This document shows, piece after piece, positions 62,915 to 64,000 of a DNA stretch of 64,000 bases (its first letter is position 1; each line of letters opens with the position of its first letter). Origin of the DNA: Anaerolineales bacterium (GTDB lineage: Bacteria > Chloroflexota > Anaerolineae > Anaerolineales > Villigracilaceae). A model generated the notes under the pieces. It saw only the letters and a list, made by a program, of their open reading frames with translations, ran no database searches and had not been told where the DNA came from. Position numbers and translations under genes: made by a program. Where the stretch lies: the NCBI GenBank assembly GCA_030583885.1, contig CP129480.1, forward strand, positions 2,418,714 through 2,482,713. Reading direction: 5' to 3'.

Positions 62915-62918
<4 letters not shown>
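62592..62918 (+). CDS. MazG-like nucleotide pyrophosphohydrolase (dCTP pyrophosphatase-like)
   Basis: PRNLAVSLSIEAAEILEHFQ...ELADVMLYLLQLA...IDLEEAV..K...N. Confidence 0.85.

Positions 62919-64000
<1,082 letters not shown>

Overview
GC-rich bacterial chromosomal window, most likely Chloroflexota/Anaerolineae (inferred from Pro/Thr-rich lipoprotein linkers, an NBR1-Ig-like protein, archaeal-type proS and the repeat repertoire). Housekeeping and metabolic content: a peptide ABC transporter with a permease-ATPase fusion, S9 peptidase, creatininase-family enzyme, MttB-family methyltransferase, RIO1 kinase, panB plus a coupled unknown gene, FocA, a MetV-MetF fusion, a glucosylglycerate-type operon (GH13_18 phosphorylase, frameshifted GT4, His-phosphatase), FAD/Fe-S oxidoreductase, gpmA, mutS, a sufR-like regulator divergent from iscX-nuoB-nuoCD-nuoI-mrp, ricT, cca, mazG-like/LOG and proS. 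The accessory centre (30.5-39 kb) is a Type I restriction-modification operon, hsdR-X-hsdM-hsdS. Gene X is an AT-rich 790-aa protein with two P-loop NTPase domains (KAP plus a second AAA-like domain) and a C-terminal HEPN RxxxxH motif, and is the best candidate for an undescribed defence component. An orphan copy of the hsdS 3' end follows hsdS. Two complete IS elements (IS5-family and ISH3-family) sit together at 52-54 kb. Several palindromic or micro-repeat elements occur between genes and in-frame inside genes. Putative attenuator leaders precede the RIO1 kinase (21-aa leader peptide plus two terminators), carD and the mazG-like gene. No CRISPR array, rRNA or tRNA was recognised. All family assignments are by motif recognition, with no database search.
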